From the NCBI GenBank assembly GCA_964016885.1, contig OZ024742.1, positions 180,048,001 through 180,112,000 of the forward strand: DNA of 64,000 nt, written 5' to 3'. Position numbers and translations under genes: made by a program. Shown piece after piece: positions 1 through 16,494 of the stretch. This DNA is from Eledone cirrhosa (lineage: Eukaryota). The notes under the pieces are model-generated. The model ran no database searches, was not told where the DNA came from, and was given only the letters and a program-made list of their open reading frames with translations. Positions within the stretch are counted from its first letter, which is position 1, and each line of letters opens with the position of its first letter.

Positions 1-328
1 AGTGTTGAACAAAAAGGTGACGTGGTTGCCTTAACACCGTATGGCATAAATTCAGGCTGTTCAGTTTGTTTACAAACGAACAAAGCGACGTTAGCGCCGC
101 TAAACTGATACGTGCATATATGTATGTGTACCTGTATGCATATGTATGTATATATGTATATATATATATGTGCATGCTACTGTACGTCTGTATACATATA
201 TGTATGTACGTATACATGCATACTTACATTTAAGTAAGTGCCATACTAAGAGTGAGAAATGAAATTTCGTTTTCATTTTGTTTCAAATTATCGTTTTCGG
301 TATGCCTGACCCATTTAACTCACTCAAT

Positions 329-336
329 ATGCAAAT
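329..336 (+). promoter_or_regulatory. Octamer motif ATGCAAAT in nearly every satellite unit
   Basis: Exact octamer about 50 bp upstream of HHR helix I. Retained in diverged relatives (ATTTGCAT at 8568-8575 and 44599-44606). Function not shown. Confidence 0.4.
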
Positions 337-385
337 TAGGCTGCTCAGCCGTTAATTTTCATAAGGAAAGTATATACTTTCGAAC

Positions 386-472
386 GTTCAACTATCTGGC
401 AGATGGGTAAACGGTGCTGATGATAGCTAACAGGCTTGAAACTAGTACATCGTTCCCGTGTCAGTGTTGAAC
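386..472 (+). ncRNA. Type I hammerhead ribozyme in the satellite unit. Core CTGATGA starts at 417, 883, 1349, 1815, 2281, 2747, 3213, 3679, 4151, 4621, 5083, 5549, 6015, 6481, 6947, 7413 and 7879.
   Basis: AACGGTG-CTGATGA-t AGCT aaca RGCT t-GAAA-C TA G-TA-CATCGTT. Helix I is AACGGTG/CATCGTT, extended by ATGGG/CCCGT, CTGGCA/TGTCAG and GTTCAAC/GTTGAAC. Helix III is the minimal palindrome ACTAGT. Predicted cleavage after GUA (A447). Confidence 0.88.
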
Positions 473-3400
473 AAAAAGGTGACGTGGTTGCCTTAACACC
501 GTATGGCATAAATTCAGGCTGTTCAGTTTGTTTACAAACGAACAAAGCGACGTTAGCGCCGCTAAACTGATACGTGCATATATGTATGTGTACCTGTATG
601 CATATGTATGTATATATGTATATATATATATATATGTGCATGCTACTGTACGTCTGTATACATATATGCATGTACGTATACATGCATACTTACATTTAAG
701 TAAGTGCCATACTAAGAGTGAGAAATGAAATTTCGTTTTCATTTTGTTTCAATTTATCGTTTTCGGTATGCCTGACCGATTTAACTCACTCAATATGCAA
801 ATTAGGCTGGTCAGCCGTTAATTTTCATAAGGAAAGTATATACTTTCGAACGTTCAACTATCTGGCAGATGGGTAAACGGTGCTGATGATAGCTAACAAG
901 CTTGAAAGTAGTACATCGTTCCCGTGTCAGTGTTGAACAAAAAGGTGACGTGGTTGCCTTAACACCGTATGGCATAAATTCAGGCTGTTCAGTTTGTTTA
1001 CAAACGAACAAAGCGACGTTAGCGCCGCTAAACTGATACGTGCATATATGTATGTGTACCTGTATGCATATGTATGTATATATGTATATATATATATATA
1101 TGTGCATGCTACTGTACGTCTGTATACATATATGCATGTACGTATACATGCATACTTACATTTAAGTAAGTGCCATACTAAGAGTGAGAAATGAAATTTC
1201 GTTTTCATTTTGTTTCAATTTATCGTTTTCGGTATGCCTGACCGATTTAACTCACTCAATATGCAAATTAGGCTGGTCAGCCGTTAATTTTCATAAGGAA
1301 AGTATATACTTTCGAACGTTCAACTATCTGGCAGATGGGTAAACGGTGCTGATGATAGCTAACAAGCTTGAAAGTAGTACATCGTTCCCGTGTCAGTGTT
1401 GAACAAAAAGGTGACGTGGTTGCCTTAACACCGTATGGCATAAATTCAGGCTGTTCAGTTTGTTTACAAACGAACAAAGCGACGTTAGCGCCGCTAAACT
1501 GATACGTGCATATATGTATGTGTACCTGTATGCATATGTATGTATATATGTATATATATATATATATGTGCATGCTACTGTACGTCTGTATACATATATG
1601 TATGTACGTATACATGCATACTTACATTTAAGTAAGTGCCATACTAAGAGTGAGAAATGAAATTTCGTTTTCATTTTGTTTCAATTTATCGTTTTCGGTA
1701 TGCCTGACCGATTTAACTCACTCAATATGCAAATTTGGCTGCTCAGCCGTTAATTTTCATAAGGAAAGTATATACTTTCGAACGTTCAACTATCTGGCAG
1801 ATGGGTAAACGGTGCTGATGATAGCTAACAAGCTTGAAACTAGTACATCGTTCCCGTGTCAGTGTTGAACAAAAAGGTGACGTGGTTGCCTTAACACCGT
1901 ATGGCATAAATTCAGGCTGTTCAGTTTGTTTACAAACGAACAAAGCGACGTTAGCGCAGCTAAACTGATACGTGCATATATGTATGTGTACCTGTATGCA
2001 TATGTATGTATATATGTATATATATATATATATGTGCATGCTACTGTACGTCTGTATACATATATGTATGTACGTATACATGCATACTTACATTTAAGTA
2101 AGTGCCATACTAAGAGTGAGAAATGAAATTTCGTTTTCATTTTGTTTCAATTTATCGTTTTCGGTATGCCTGACCGATTTAACTCACTCAATATGCAATT
2201 TAGGCTGCCCAGCCGTTAATTTTCATAAGGAAAGTATATACTTTCGAACGTTCAACTATCTGGCAGATGGGTAAACGGTGCTGATGATAGCTAACAAGCT
2301 TGAAAGTAGTACATCGTTCCCGTGTCAGTGTTGAACAAAAAGGTGACGTGGTTGCCTTAACACCGTATGGCATAAATTCAGGCTGTTCAGTTTGTTTACA
2401 AACGAACAAAGCGACGTTAGCGCCGCTAAACTGATACGTGCATATATGTATGTGTACCTGTATGCATATGTATGTATATATGTATATATATATATATATG
2501 TGCATGCTACTGTACGTCTGTATACATATATGTATGTACGTATACATGCATACTTACATTTAAGTAAGTGCCATACTAAGAGTGAGAAATGAAATTTCGT
2601 TTTCATTTTGTTTCAATTTATCGTCTTCGGTATGCCTGACCGATTTAACTCACTCAATATGCAAATTAGGCTGCTCAGCCGTTAATTTTCATAAGGAAAG
2701 TATATACTTTCGAACGTTCAACTATCTGGCAGATGGGTAAACGGTGCTGATGATAGCTAACAAGCTTGAAACTAGTACATCGTTCCCGTGTCAGTGTTGA
2801 ACAAAAAGGTGACGTGGTTGCCTTAACACCGTATGGCATAAATTCAGGCTGTTCAGTTTGTTTACAAACGAACAAAGCGACGTTAGCGCCGCTAAACTGA
2901 TACGTGCATATATGTATGTGTACCTGTATGCATATGTATGTATATATGTATATATATATATATATGTGCATGCTACTGTACGTCTGTATACATATATGTA
3001 TGTACGTATACATGCATACTTACATTTAAGTAAGTGCCATACTAAGAGTGAGAAATGAAATTTCGTTTTCATTTTGTTTCAATTTATCGTTTTCGGTATG
3101 CCTGACCGATTTAACTCACTCAATATGCAAATTAGGCTGCTCAGCCGTTAATTTTCATAAGGAAAGTATATACTTTCGAACGTTCAACTATCTGGCAGAT
3201 GGGTAAACGGTGCTGATGATAGCTAACAAGCTTGAAAGTAGTACATCGTTCCCGTGTCAGTGTTGAACAAAAAGGTGACGTGGTTGCCTTAACACCGTAT
3301 GGCATAAATTCAGGCTGTTCAGTTTGTTTACAAACGAACAAAGCGACGTTAGCGCCGCTAAACTGATACGTGCATATATGTATGTGTACCTGTATGCATA

Positions 3401-6400
3401 TGTATGTATATATGTATATATATATATATATGTGCATGCTACTGTACGTCTGTATACATATATGTATGTACGTATACATGCATACTTACATTTAAGTAAG
3501 TGCCATACTAAGAGTGAGAAATGAAATTTCGTTTTCATTTTGTTTCAATTTATCGTTTTCGGTATGCCTGACCGATTTAACTCACTCAATATGCAAATTA
3601 GGCTGCCCAGCCGTTAATTTTCATAAGGAAAGTATATACTTTCGAACGTTCAACTATCTGGCAGATGGGTAAACGGTGCTGATGATAGCTAACAAGCTTG
3701 AAAGTAGTACATCGTTCCCGTGTCAGTGTTGAACAAAAAGGTGACGTGGTTGCCTTAACACCGTATGGCATAAATTCAGGCTGTTCAGTTTGTTTACAAA
3801 CGAACAAAGCGACGTTGGCGCCGCTAAACTGATACGTGCATATATGTATGTGTACCTGTATGCATATGTATGTATATATGTATATATATATATATATATA
3901 TATGTGCATGCTACTGTACGTCTGTATACATATATGTATGTACGTATACATGCATACTTACATTTAAGTAAGTGCCATACTAAGAGTGAGAAATGAAATT
4001 TCGTTTTCATTTTGTTTCAATTTATCGTTTTCGGTATGCCTGACCGATTTAACTCACTCAATATGCAAATTAGGCTGGTCAGCCGTTAATTTTCATAAGG
4101 AAAGTATATACTTTCGAACGTTCAACTATCTGGCAGATGGGTAAACGGTGCTGATGATAGCTAACAAGCTTGAAACTAGTACATCGTTCCCGTGTCAGTG
4201 TTGAACAAAAAGGTGACGTGGTTGCCTTAACACCGTATGGCATAAATTCAGGCTGTTCAGTTTGTTTACAAACGAACAAAGCGACGTTAGCGCCGCTAAA
4301 CTGATACGTGCATATATGTATGTGTACCTGTATGCATATGTATGTATATATGTATATATATATATATATATATGTGCATGCTACTGTACGTCTGTATACA
4401 TATATGTATGTACGTATACATGCATACTTACATTTAAGTAAGTGCCATACTAAGAGTGAGAAATGAAATTTCGTTTTCATTTTGTTTCAATTTATCGTTT
4501 TCGGTATGCCTGACCGATTTAACTCACTCAATATGCAAATTAGGCTGCTCAGCCGTTAAATTTCATAAGGAAAATATATACTTTCGAACGTTCAACTATC
4601 TGGCAGATGGGTAAACGGTGCTGATGATAGCTAACAAGCTTGAAACTAGTACATCGTTCCCGTGTCAGTGTTGAACAAAAAGGTGACGTGGTTGCCTTAA
4701 CACCGTATGGCATAAATTCAGGCTGTTCAGTTTGTTTACAAACGAACAAAGCGACGTTAGCGCCGCTAAACTGATACGTGCATATATGTATGTGTACCTG
4801 TATGCATATGTATGTATATATGTATATATATATATGTGCATGCTACTGTACGTCTGTATACATATATGTATGTACGTATACATGCATACTTACATTTAAG
4901 TAAGTGCCATACTAAGAGTGAGAAATGAAATTTCGTTTTCATTTTGTTTCAAATTATCGTTTTCGGTATGCCTGACCCATTTAACTCACTCAATATGCAA
5001 ATTAGGCTGCTCAGCCGTTAATTTTCATAAGGAAAGTATATACTTTCGAACGTTCAACTATCTGGCAGATGGGTAAACGGTGCTGATGATAGCTAACAGG
5101 CTTGAAACTAGTACATCGTTCCCGTGTCAGTGTTGAACAAAAAGGTGACGTGGTTGCCTTAACACCGTATGGCATAAATTCAGGCTGTTCAGTTTGTTTA
5201 CAAACGAACAAAGCGACGTTAGCGCCGCTAAACTGATACGTGCATATATGTATGTGTACCTGTATGCATATGTATGTATATATGTATATATATATATATA
5301 TGTGCATGCTACTGTACGTCTGTATACATATATGCATGTACGTATACATGCATACTTACATTTAAGTAAGTGCCATACTAAGAGTGAGAAATGAAATTTC
5401 GTTTTCATTTTGTTTCAATTTATCGTTTTCGGTATGCCTGACCGATTTAACTCACTCAATATGCAAATTAGGCTGGTCAGCCGTTAATTTTCATAAGGAA
5501 AGTATATACTTTCGAACGTTCAACTATCTGGCAGATGGGTAAACGGTGCTGATGATAGCTAACAAGCTTGAAAGTAGTACATCGTTCCCGTGTCAGTGTT
5601 GAACAAAAAGGTGACGTGGTTGCCTTAACACCGTATGGCATAAATTCAGGCTGTTCAGTTTGTTTACAAACGAACAAAGCGACGTTAGCGCCGCTAAACT
5701 GATACGTGCATATATGTATGTGTACCTGTATGCATATGTATGTATATATGTATATATATATATATATGTGCATGCTACTGTACGTCTGTATACATATATG
5801 CATGTACGTATACATGCATACTTACATTTAAGTAAGTGCCATACTAAGAGTGAGAAATGAAATTTCGTTTTCATTTTGTTTCAATTTATCGTTTTCGGTA
5901 TGCCTGACCGATTTAACTCACTCAATATGCAAATTAGGCTGGTCAGCCGTTAATTTTCATAAGGAAAGTATATACTTTCGAACGTTCAACTATCTGGCAG
6001 ATGGGTAAACGGTGCTGATGATAGCTAACAAGCTTGAAAGTAGTACATCGTTCCCGTGTCAGTGTTGAACAAAAAGGTGACGTGGTTGCCTTAACACCGT
6101 ATGGCATAAATTCAGGCTGTTCAGTTTGTTTACAAACGAACAAAGCGACGTTAGCGCCGCTAAACTGATACGTGCATATATGTATGTGTACCTGTATGCA
6201 TATGTATGTATATATGTATATATATATATATATGTGCATGCTACTGTACGTCTGTATACATATATGTATGTACGTATACATGCATACTTACATTTAAGTA
6301 AGTGCCATACTAAGAGTGAGAAATGAAATTTCGTTTTCATTTTGTTTCAATTTATCGTTTTCGGTATGCCTGACCGATTTAACTCACTCAATATGCAAAT

Positions 6401-8181
6401 TTGGCTGCTCAGCCGTTAATTTTCATAAGGAAAGTATATACTTTCGAACGTTCAACTATCTGGCAGATGGGTAAACGGTGCTGATGATAGCTAACAAGCT
6501 TGAAACTAGTACATCGTTCCCGTGTCAGTGTTGAACAAAAAGGTGACGTGGTTGCCTTAACACCGTATGGCATAAATTCAGGCTGTTCAGTTTGTTTACA
6601 AACGAACAAAGCGACGTTAGCGCAGCTAAACTGATACGTGCATATATGTATGTGTACCTGTATGCATATGTATGTATATATGTATATATATATATATATG
6701 TGCATGCTACTGTACGTCTGTATACATATATGTATGTACGTATACATGCATACTTACATTTAAGTAAGTGCCATACTAAGAGTGAGAAATGAAATTTCGT
6801 TTTCATTTTGTTTCAATTTATCGTTTTCGGTATGCCTGACCGATTTAACTCACTCAATATGCAATTTAGGCTGCCCAGCCGTTAATTTTCATAAGGAAAG
6901 TATATACTTTCGAACGTTCAACTATCTGGCAGATGGGTAAACGGTGCTGATGATAGCTAACAAGCTTGAAAGTAGTACATCGTTCCCGTGTCAGTGTTGA
7001 ACAAAAAGGTGACGTGGTTGCCTTAACACCGTATGGCATAAATTCAGGCTGTTCAGTTTGTTTACAAACGAACAAAGCGACGTTAGCGCCGCTAAACTGA
7101 TACGTGCATATATGTATGTGTACCTGTATGCATATGTATGTATATATGTATATATATATATATATGTGCATGCTACTGTACGTCTGTATACATATATGTA
7201 TGTACGTATACATGCATACTTACATTTAAGTAAGTGCCATACTAAGAGTGAGAAATGAAATTTCGTTTTCATTTTGTTTCAATTTATCGTCTTCGGTATG
7301 CCTGACCGATTTAACTCACTCAATATGCAAATTAGGCTGCTCAGCCGTTAATTTTCATAAGGAAAGTATATACTTTCGAACGTTCAACTATCTGGCAGAT
7401 GGGTAAACGGTGCTGATGATAGCTAACAAGCTTGAAACTAGTACATCGTTCCCGTGTCAGTGTTGAACAAAAAGGTGACGTGGTTGCCTTAACACCGTAT
7501 GGCATAAATTCAGGCTGTTCAGTTTGTTTACAAATGAACAAAGCGACGTTAGCGCCGCTAAACTGATACGTGCATATATGTATGTGTACCTGTATGCATA
7601 TGTATGTATATATGTATATATATATATATATGTGCATGCTACTGTACGTCTGTATACATATATGTATGTACGTATACATGCATACTTACATTTAAGTAAG
7701 TGCCATACTAAGAGTGAGAAATGAAATTTCGTTTTCATTTTGTTTCAATTTATCGTTTTCGGTATGCCTGACCGATTTAACTCACTCAATATGCAAATTA
7801 GGCTGCTCAGCCGTTAATTTTCATAAGGAAAGTATATACTTTCGAACGTTCAACTATCTGGCAGATGGGTAAACGGTGCTGATGATAGCTAACAAGCTTG
7901 AAACTAGTACATCGTTCCCGTGTCAGTGTTGAACAAAAAGGTGACGTGGTTGCCTTAACACCGTATGGCATAAATTCAGGCTGTTCAGTTTGTTTACAAA
8001 CGAACAAAGCGACGTTAGCGCCGCTAAACTGATACGTGCATATATGTATGTGTACCTGTATGCATATGTATGTATATATGTATATATATATATATATGTG
8101 CATGCTACTGTACGTCTGTATACATATATGTATGTACGTATACATGCATACTTACATATATATATATACATATATATATAT

Positions 8182-8959
8182 AAACGGAAAAACTGAAACG
8201 AAATTTCATTTCTCAATCTTAGTACGGCTGTTACTTAAATATAAGTATGTACACGTACATACATATATGTATACAAACGTACAGTAGTATGTATATATAT
8301 ATATACATACATGCACACATATATATATGTACGTATGGATTCACCGAACGTTTATTATAATGCTCGGTGTGTTTGTAAACAAACATCCCGAATTAAGCCG
8401 TACAGTGTCTAGCAACCATCGTTGCTCATTTGTTCAATCCTGACAAAGGAACGCTATACTAGTTTCAAGCTTATTAGCTATCGTCAGCAATGTATACCTT
8501 CTTGCCACATGGTTGAACGTCTGAAAGTATAAACTTTCCTTATGCATATTAACGACAGAGCAGCCTAATTTGCATATCGAGTGAGTTAATCGGCCGGGGT
8601 ACCGAAAATGATAAACGGAAAAAATGATACATATATGTGTACAGACGTACAGTAGTATGTATATATATATATACATACATGCACACATATATATATATGT
8701 ACATATGGATTTACCGAACATTTATTATGTTAATAAGCTTGAAATTACTACAGCGTTCCTTTGTCAGGGTTGAACAAATGAGCAACGATGGTTGCTAGAC
8801 ACTGTACGGCTTAATTCGGGATGTTTGTTTACAAACAGACCGAGCATTATAATAAATGTTCGGTGAATCCATACGTACATATATATGTGTGCATGTATAT
8901 ATATATATATATACATACTACTGTACGTCAGTATACATATATGTATGTACGTATACATA

Positions 8960-8965
<6 letters not shown>
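8182..8965 (-). mobile_element. Diverged subfamily copy of the HHR satellite unit (about 1.3 units, unit about 431 bp) with an inverted segment at 8731-8965
   Basis: Reverse-complement similarity to the 466-bp unit. HHR at 8432-8518(-) with core CTGACGA. 8731-8960 is an inverted copy of about 8260-8480. Confidence 0.85.
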
Positions 8966-9363
<398 letters not shown>

Positions 9364-10190
9364 TATCATCATCAACATCATCATCATCATTTTACATCCG
9401 CTTTTCCCTGCTTGCAAGGGTGGGACGGGTCTTATTCAGCACAGCATCTCTCCACTCGTCACAGTCCTTCGTCATCTCCACCGTGAGCTTCAATGATTTG
9501 AGGTCTGTTCTCACCACCTCCGCCCATGTTTTTCGTGGTCTACCTCTAACACGTCTTCCTTCAACTGGCATTTCCTGGCACTTCTTCACCCATCGGTCAT
9601 CCTCCATGCGCATCACATGTCCATACCACCTCAGTCTCCTCTCCCGTACACTACATTCTATCCCTCTCAGACACAGTTTCTCTCTCAACACATTTATGCT
9701 GGATCGTTCACGCACATTTACACTGCACATCCAACGGAGCATGCTTGCTTCATTTCTCTCCAGCCGTCGCATATCCTCTGCAGTTGCTGCCCATGTCTCT
9801 CTACCATGCTGCATCGCACCCCTCACACAGGCATCATACAACCGGCATTTCGTACGCAGGGAGAACAGAGGAAGCAGCTCTCTAAACTTCTTCCAACCCG
9901 TCTTTATTCTAGATACTATGGCCTCGGAACACCCTCCTCCCATGCTAATCTGATCTCCTAGGTACCGGAAGCTATCCACCACTTCTATAGCGCCCTCCTG
10001 CATTTGAAAAATGTGTCTATCAATGCGACATCTACTGTCTAATTTCCCTGTACATCTACTGCATACGTATTTCTCCCTAACTGTTAGTTTGCCTGCTATC
10101 CCGCTACATCTCTTGTGTACCCAGGAACTGCATTGTGTGCATTTTATAGAATTTATACCTTTTCTGCATATCGAACATTGCCATTTCCCT
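9364..10190 (-). mobile_element. 5'-truncated RTE-clade LINE: C-terminal RT region with a PHD-like Cys cluster and a (GAT)n tail
   Basis: ORF 9392-10258(-): [55 protein letters not shown]. (CAT)n at 9364-9390. Confidence 0.88.
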
Positions 10191-10307
10191 GACGGAATCA
10201 GGGTACTCACAAGGGAACGGGCGAAGAACCCAAGAGCACACACTTTGTCCGTTCCCATGTCGATTCAATTTGGATTGCCTCGGAAACATAACCTTATTAT
10301 GTAACAA

Positions 10308-10381
10308 GCTGTCTGACGATGTCACGGCACTAGCGCACGGAACCGTGTGGCCAGTGTCGCATTTGAAATATGTATCACAGC
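10308..10381 (+). ncRNA. Type I hammerhead ribozyme with an extended helix II
   Basis: GCTGT-CTGACGA-[45 nt with CGGCACT/AGTGTCG and CACGG/CCGTG stems]-GAAA-TATGTA-TC-ACAGC. Confidence 0.72.
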
Positions 10382-10431
10382 ATTATAATTAAATGACCTT
10401 AACATCTCAAACTACTTCGCTTTTTCTTATT

Positions 10432-13947
<3,516 letters not shown>

Positions 13948-14326
13948 GGTGGCTGCCAACTCGTTTTCGAGTACGACCACTACTTTATATCCATGTAGGA
14001 GAACCCCTACCGCTGCCCTAAACAAGTGTGACTTTTTAGTCCAGCCAGCGACTTGAAAACTCTGGTACAAACACTACACTTGTGACAATTATTGACACAT
14101 AGTGCTGGGCCCATGGTACCCATGGACCATGGTACAAACATACATTCATATTAATTCTCATGAGATTCCCCACTCTTTGAGGGATTTTGATTTTCATTCC
14201 TGACAACAAAGTTAAAGTTCATATTTTTACACGAGTAATCAACAATAAGAGCAGCCATGAAATAAATTATTTCAAATGCTTGGCAAGGGCTCACAAGGTA
14301 ATTGGTATTTTCTGCAACCTAATTAA

Positions 14327-14544
14327 TCCTTTAGCATTTACATAACTTTATATTTACTATTGTATTTTCAAAGTAAAGGCTATATCTTACATAACATCTC
14401 ACATAATATTGAATCTGAGATTTTAATATTATTTATTTTGAGAACAATACCTTAACCTAAACATGAGTGGCTAGTTACAGCCAATTTTAACAGAAAGAGG
14501 TGAGGGAATTCTGGCCAGTTATGGCCGGTTTAAATGCTAAAGGG
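14327..14544. mobile_element. piggyBac-type MITE
   Basis: TIRs (T/C)CCTTTAGCATTTA...TAAATGCTAAAGGG flanked by TTAA on both sides. A second copy lies in opposite orientation at 31392-31620. Confidence 0.75.
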
Positions 14545-14599
14545 TTAACCAAATTTGAAAGAGATGTGAGAGTTCTAAAACCTTAATAACCAGAATACA

Positions 14600-15025
14600 A
14601 ATACGATGGAAGATTTCAGTAAGCTATCACTTCCGTTAGAAACAAAAGGATTCTCTCTCCAAGTAAAAGGCAGATTGTATAATAGTTGTTTAAAAAGCAA
14701 GATTTTGCATTATAGTGAAACATGGTAATGGATTGATGAAACAAACTGTGTCATCTTTACTGTCATCTTGTTATATCTACAGGCAGGTCTTCATGAAATG
14801 AGACTGCACTGGTATCGATATGTGATGTATAAGGAGGATACACTTGAGGAAAGAAATATTGAGTAATCCATATAGAAGAGGAAGACCAAGGGGGACATGC
14901 ATAGGATTGATGAAAGCAGAAAGTCACAACAAAGATGACAAGGGACTACAAAACATGACAAGAGGCTATTCTAAAGAAAACCTATGAAACTCATGCTAGC
15001 ATGATATAGCAATAATATGATGATA
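14600..15025 (+). pseudogene. Degenerate 3' end of an RTE-clade LINE
   Basis: Remnants resembling FSLQVKGRLY, RLHWY and RRGRPR, plus a CATGCTAGCATG 3' motif and a TGA-rich tail. Many stops. Confidence 0.55.
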
Positions 15026-15165
15026 ATTGCTTCTATTATTGGCACAATGCCAGAAATCACCCAGTGCATTACTGGTACTTTATTTTATCGACCCCGTAAG
15101 GATGAAAGGCAAAGTTAACCTCGGCGGGATTTGAACTCAGAATGGCAAGGGCATTGGACCTCCAT
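15025..15165 (-). mobile_element. tRNA-derived SINE with a Meta-domain-like core. Other copies: about 38200-38380(+), 46535-46720(-), 49695-49870(-), 54345-54445(+), 55250-55435(-), and a degenerate one at 27915-28075(-).
   Basis: B-box GAGTTCAAATCC followed by GCCTTTCATCCTTACGGGGTCGATAAAATAAAGTACCAG, repeated in several dispersed copies. Confidence 0.8.
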
Positions 15166-15719
15166 CAGTTCTGGCAAATGTTCCAGTTGTTTGAACAATA
15201 ATATAACCAGCTTGTGAAATTAGCATGCAAGTGGTTGTGCTTTTCATAGACATGTGCACCTGTAATGTAGTTTACAGGGAGATTCAGCATGACAGAGTGT
15301 GGCAAGACTGGCATTTTGAATTTCAAATACAACTCAATTCTGTCCGCTGAGTAAACTAAAGCAACATGCAATGTTGTTTTAGCAATAATATATAATAGAT
15401 ATATCACCAAGACTTTAGCATGTTTTTACATAGTTTATTAACAAAGGTTAAGAGGTGGATTAAGCTGGCCTGCCAAAAGAAATGAAATAAACCAATTACA
15501 ATTGCAAGAGAAGATACGGTCGACTGGCTGAGGCGTTGGCCAGGCCTGTAGTAATGTTTTGTCATTACATATTGTTCGTGCTTGCAGAGCAAAAGAAGAA
15601 TTGGTGTTTACCTTATCAAGGTCAAGCTGCAAGAGAGAGAGAGGGGCGCTAGAACACTCCCTCATATTCGGGCTACGGGGAAGTAACCCCAATTAGTTTT
15701 GTTCCCCGGTCAAAGGTTG

Positions 15720-15830
15720 TGCTAGTCACTACATTGTCTTGGGTAAGGACACAATGTACTGCAAGAAATCGAACCCCCAACCTTACAATTGTGAGCCAAA
15801 AAGCTTAACTAACTAGGCACATAACTTCAC
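15720..15830 (-). mobile_element. Degenerate tRNA-derived SINE head
   Basis: The reverse strand shows A-box-like TAGTTAGTTAAG and B-box GGTTCGATT, followed by TGTGTCCTT. Confidence 0.4.
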
Positions 15831-16188
15831 AGGTGATAATATATAAATATATTCACAAACAGTTTCAGTTTAAAGAGGAATGAAAAAAAAAATGTATTTG
15901 TCTAAAATTTGAAAACAATAACCACAGTCACAACAATCACTTCATAGAAAATTTATGAATGAGAAACTTTTGAAATGTTCATGTTCTTAGGAAATATATT
16001 GTTCCAAACAAAACAAAAAGTAACCACAATAATAATATTAATAATAATAACAATGAAATATCAAATATCTCTAATAAAAAATATTGAAACCATAACAGTC
16101 ATGTTTTCAATTACACATGTTTAAAAGAAAATCTGTTATTTGTAAACATACCTACACTTGTATGTGTGTGAGTCTCTATATACATATG

Positions 16189-16246
<58 letters not shown>

Positions 16247-16494
16247 CACACGTTTCTGTGTGTGTTTCTATTATGTATGTAGCATGTAGAGATATATGTA
16301 TTTAAATGTTGGTGTATATGTAGACATATGTACACGATATACTAATCACACTTGTTCATGTTTTATGCATACATACAATACAGATCTTGTAGTGTGTGCG
16401 TGTGTATATATACATACATATATACACACACACACACACACACATATATATACATACACACACGCATGCACACACACTATATATATATATATAT

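Larger units (their letters stand above)
1..8157 (+). repeat. 466-bp tandem satellite (about 17.5 units visible, open at the left edge); each unit contains a type I hammerhead ribozyme (retrozyme-like array)
   Basis: Near-identical units recur every 466 bp (462-472 where the internal (TA)n varies), and identical ORF artefacts recur at 345, 811, 1277 ... 7807. The last unit breaks off into (TA)n at about 8157. Confidence 0.97.

Noticed and set aside
1-8157. CRISPR array, or rRNA/snRNA tandem gene cluster
   Set aside because: There are no unique spacers or cas genes, and I recognise no 5S, U snRNA or SL RNA sequence. An Rfam search would settle the latter.
345-8216. Repeated 66-133 aa ORFs in the satellite
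   Set aside because: They are dominated by (TA)n translation, change frame with TA length and show no protein motif. Conservation tracks RNA structure instead.
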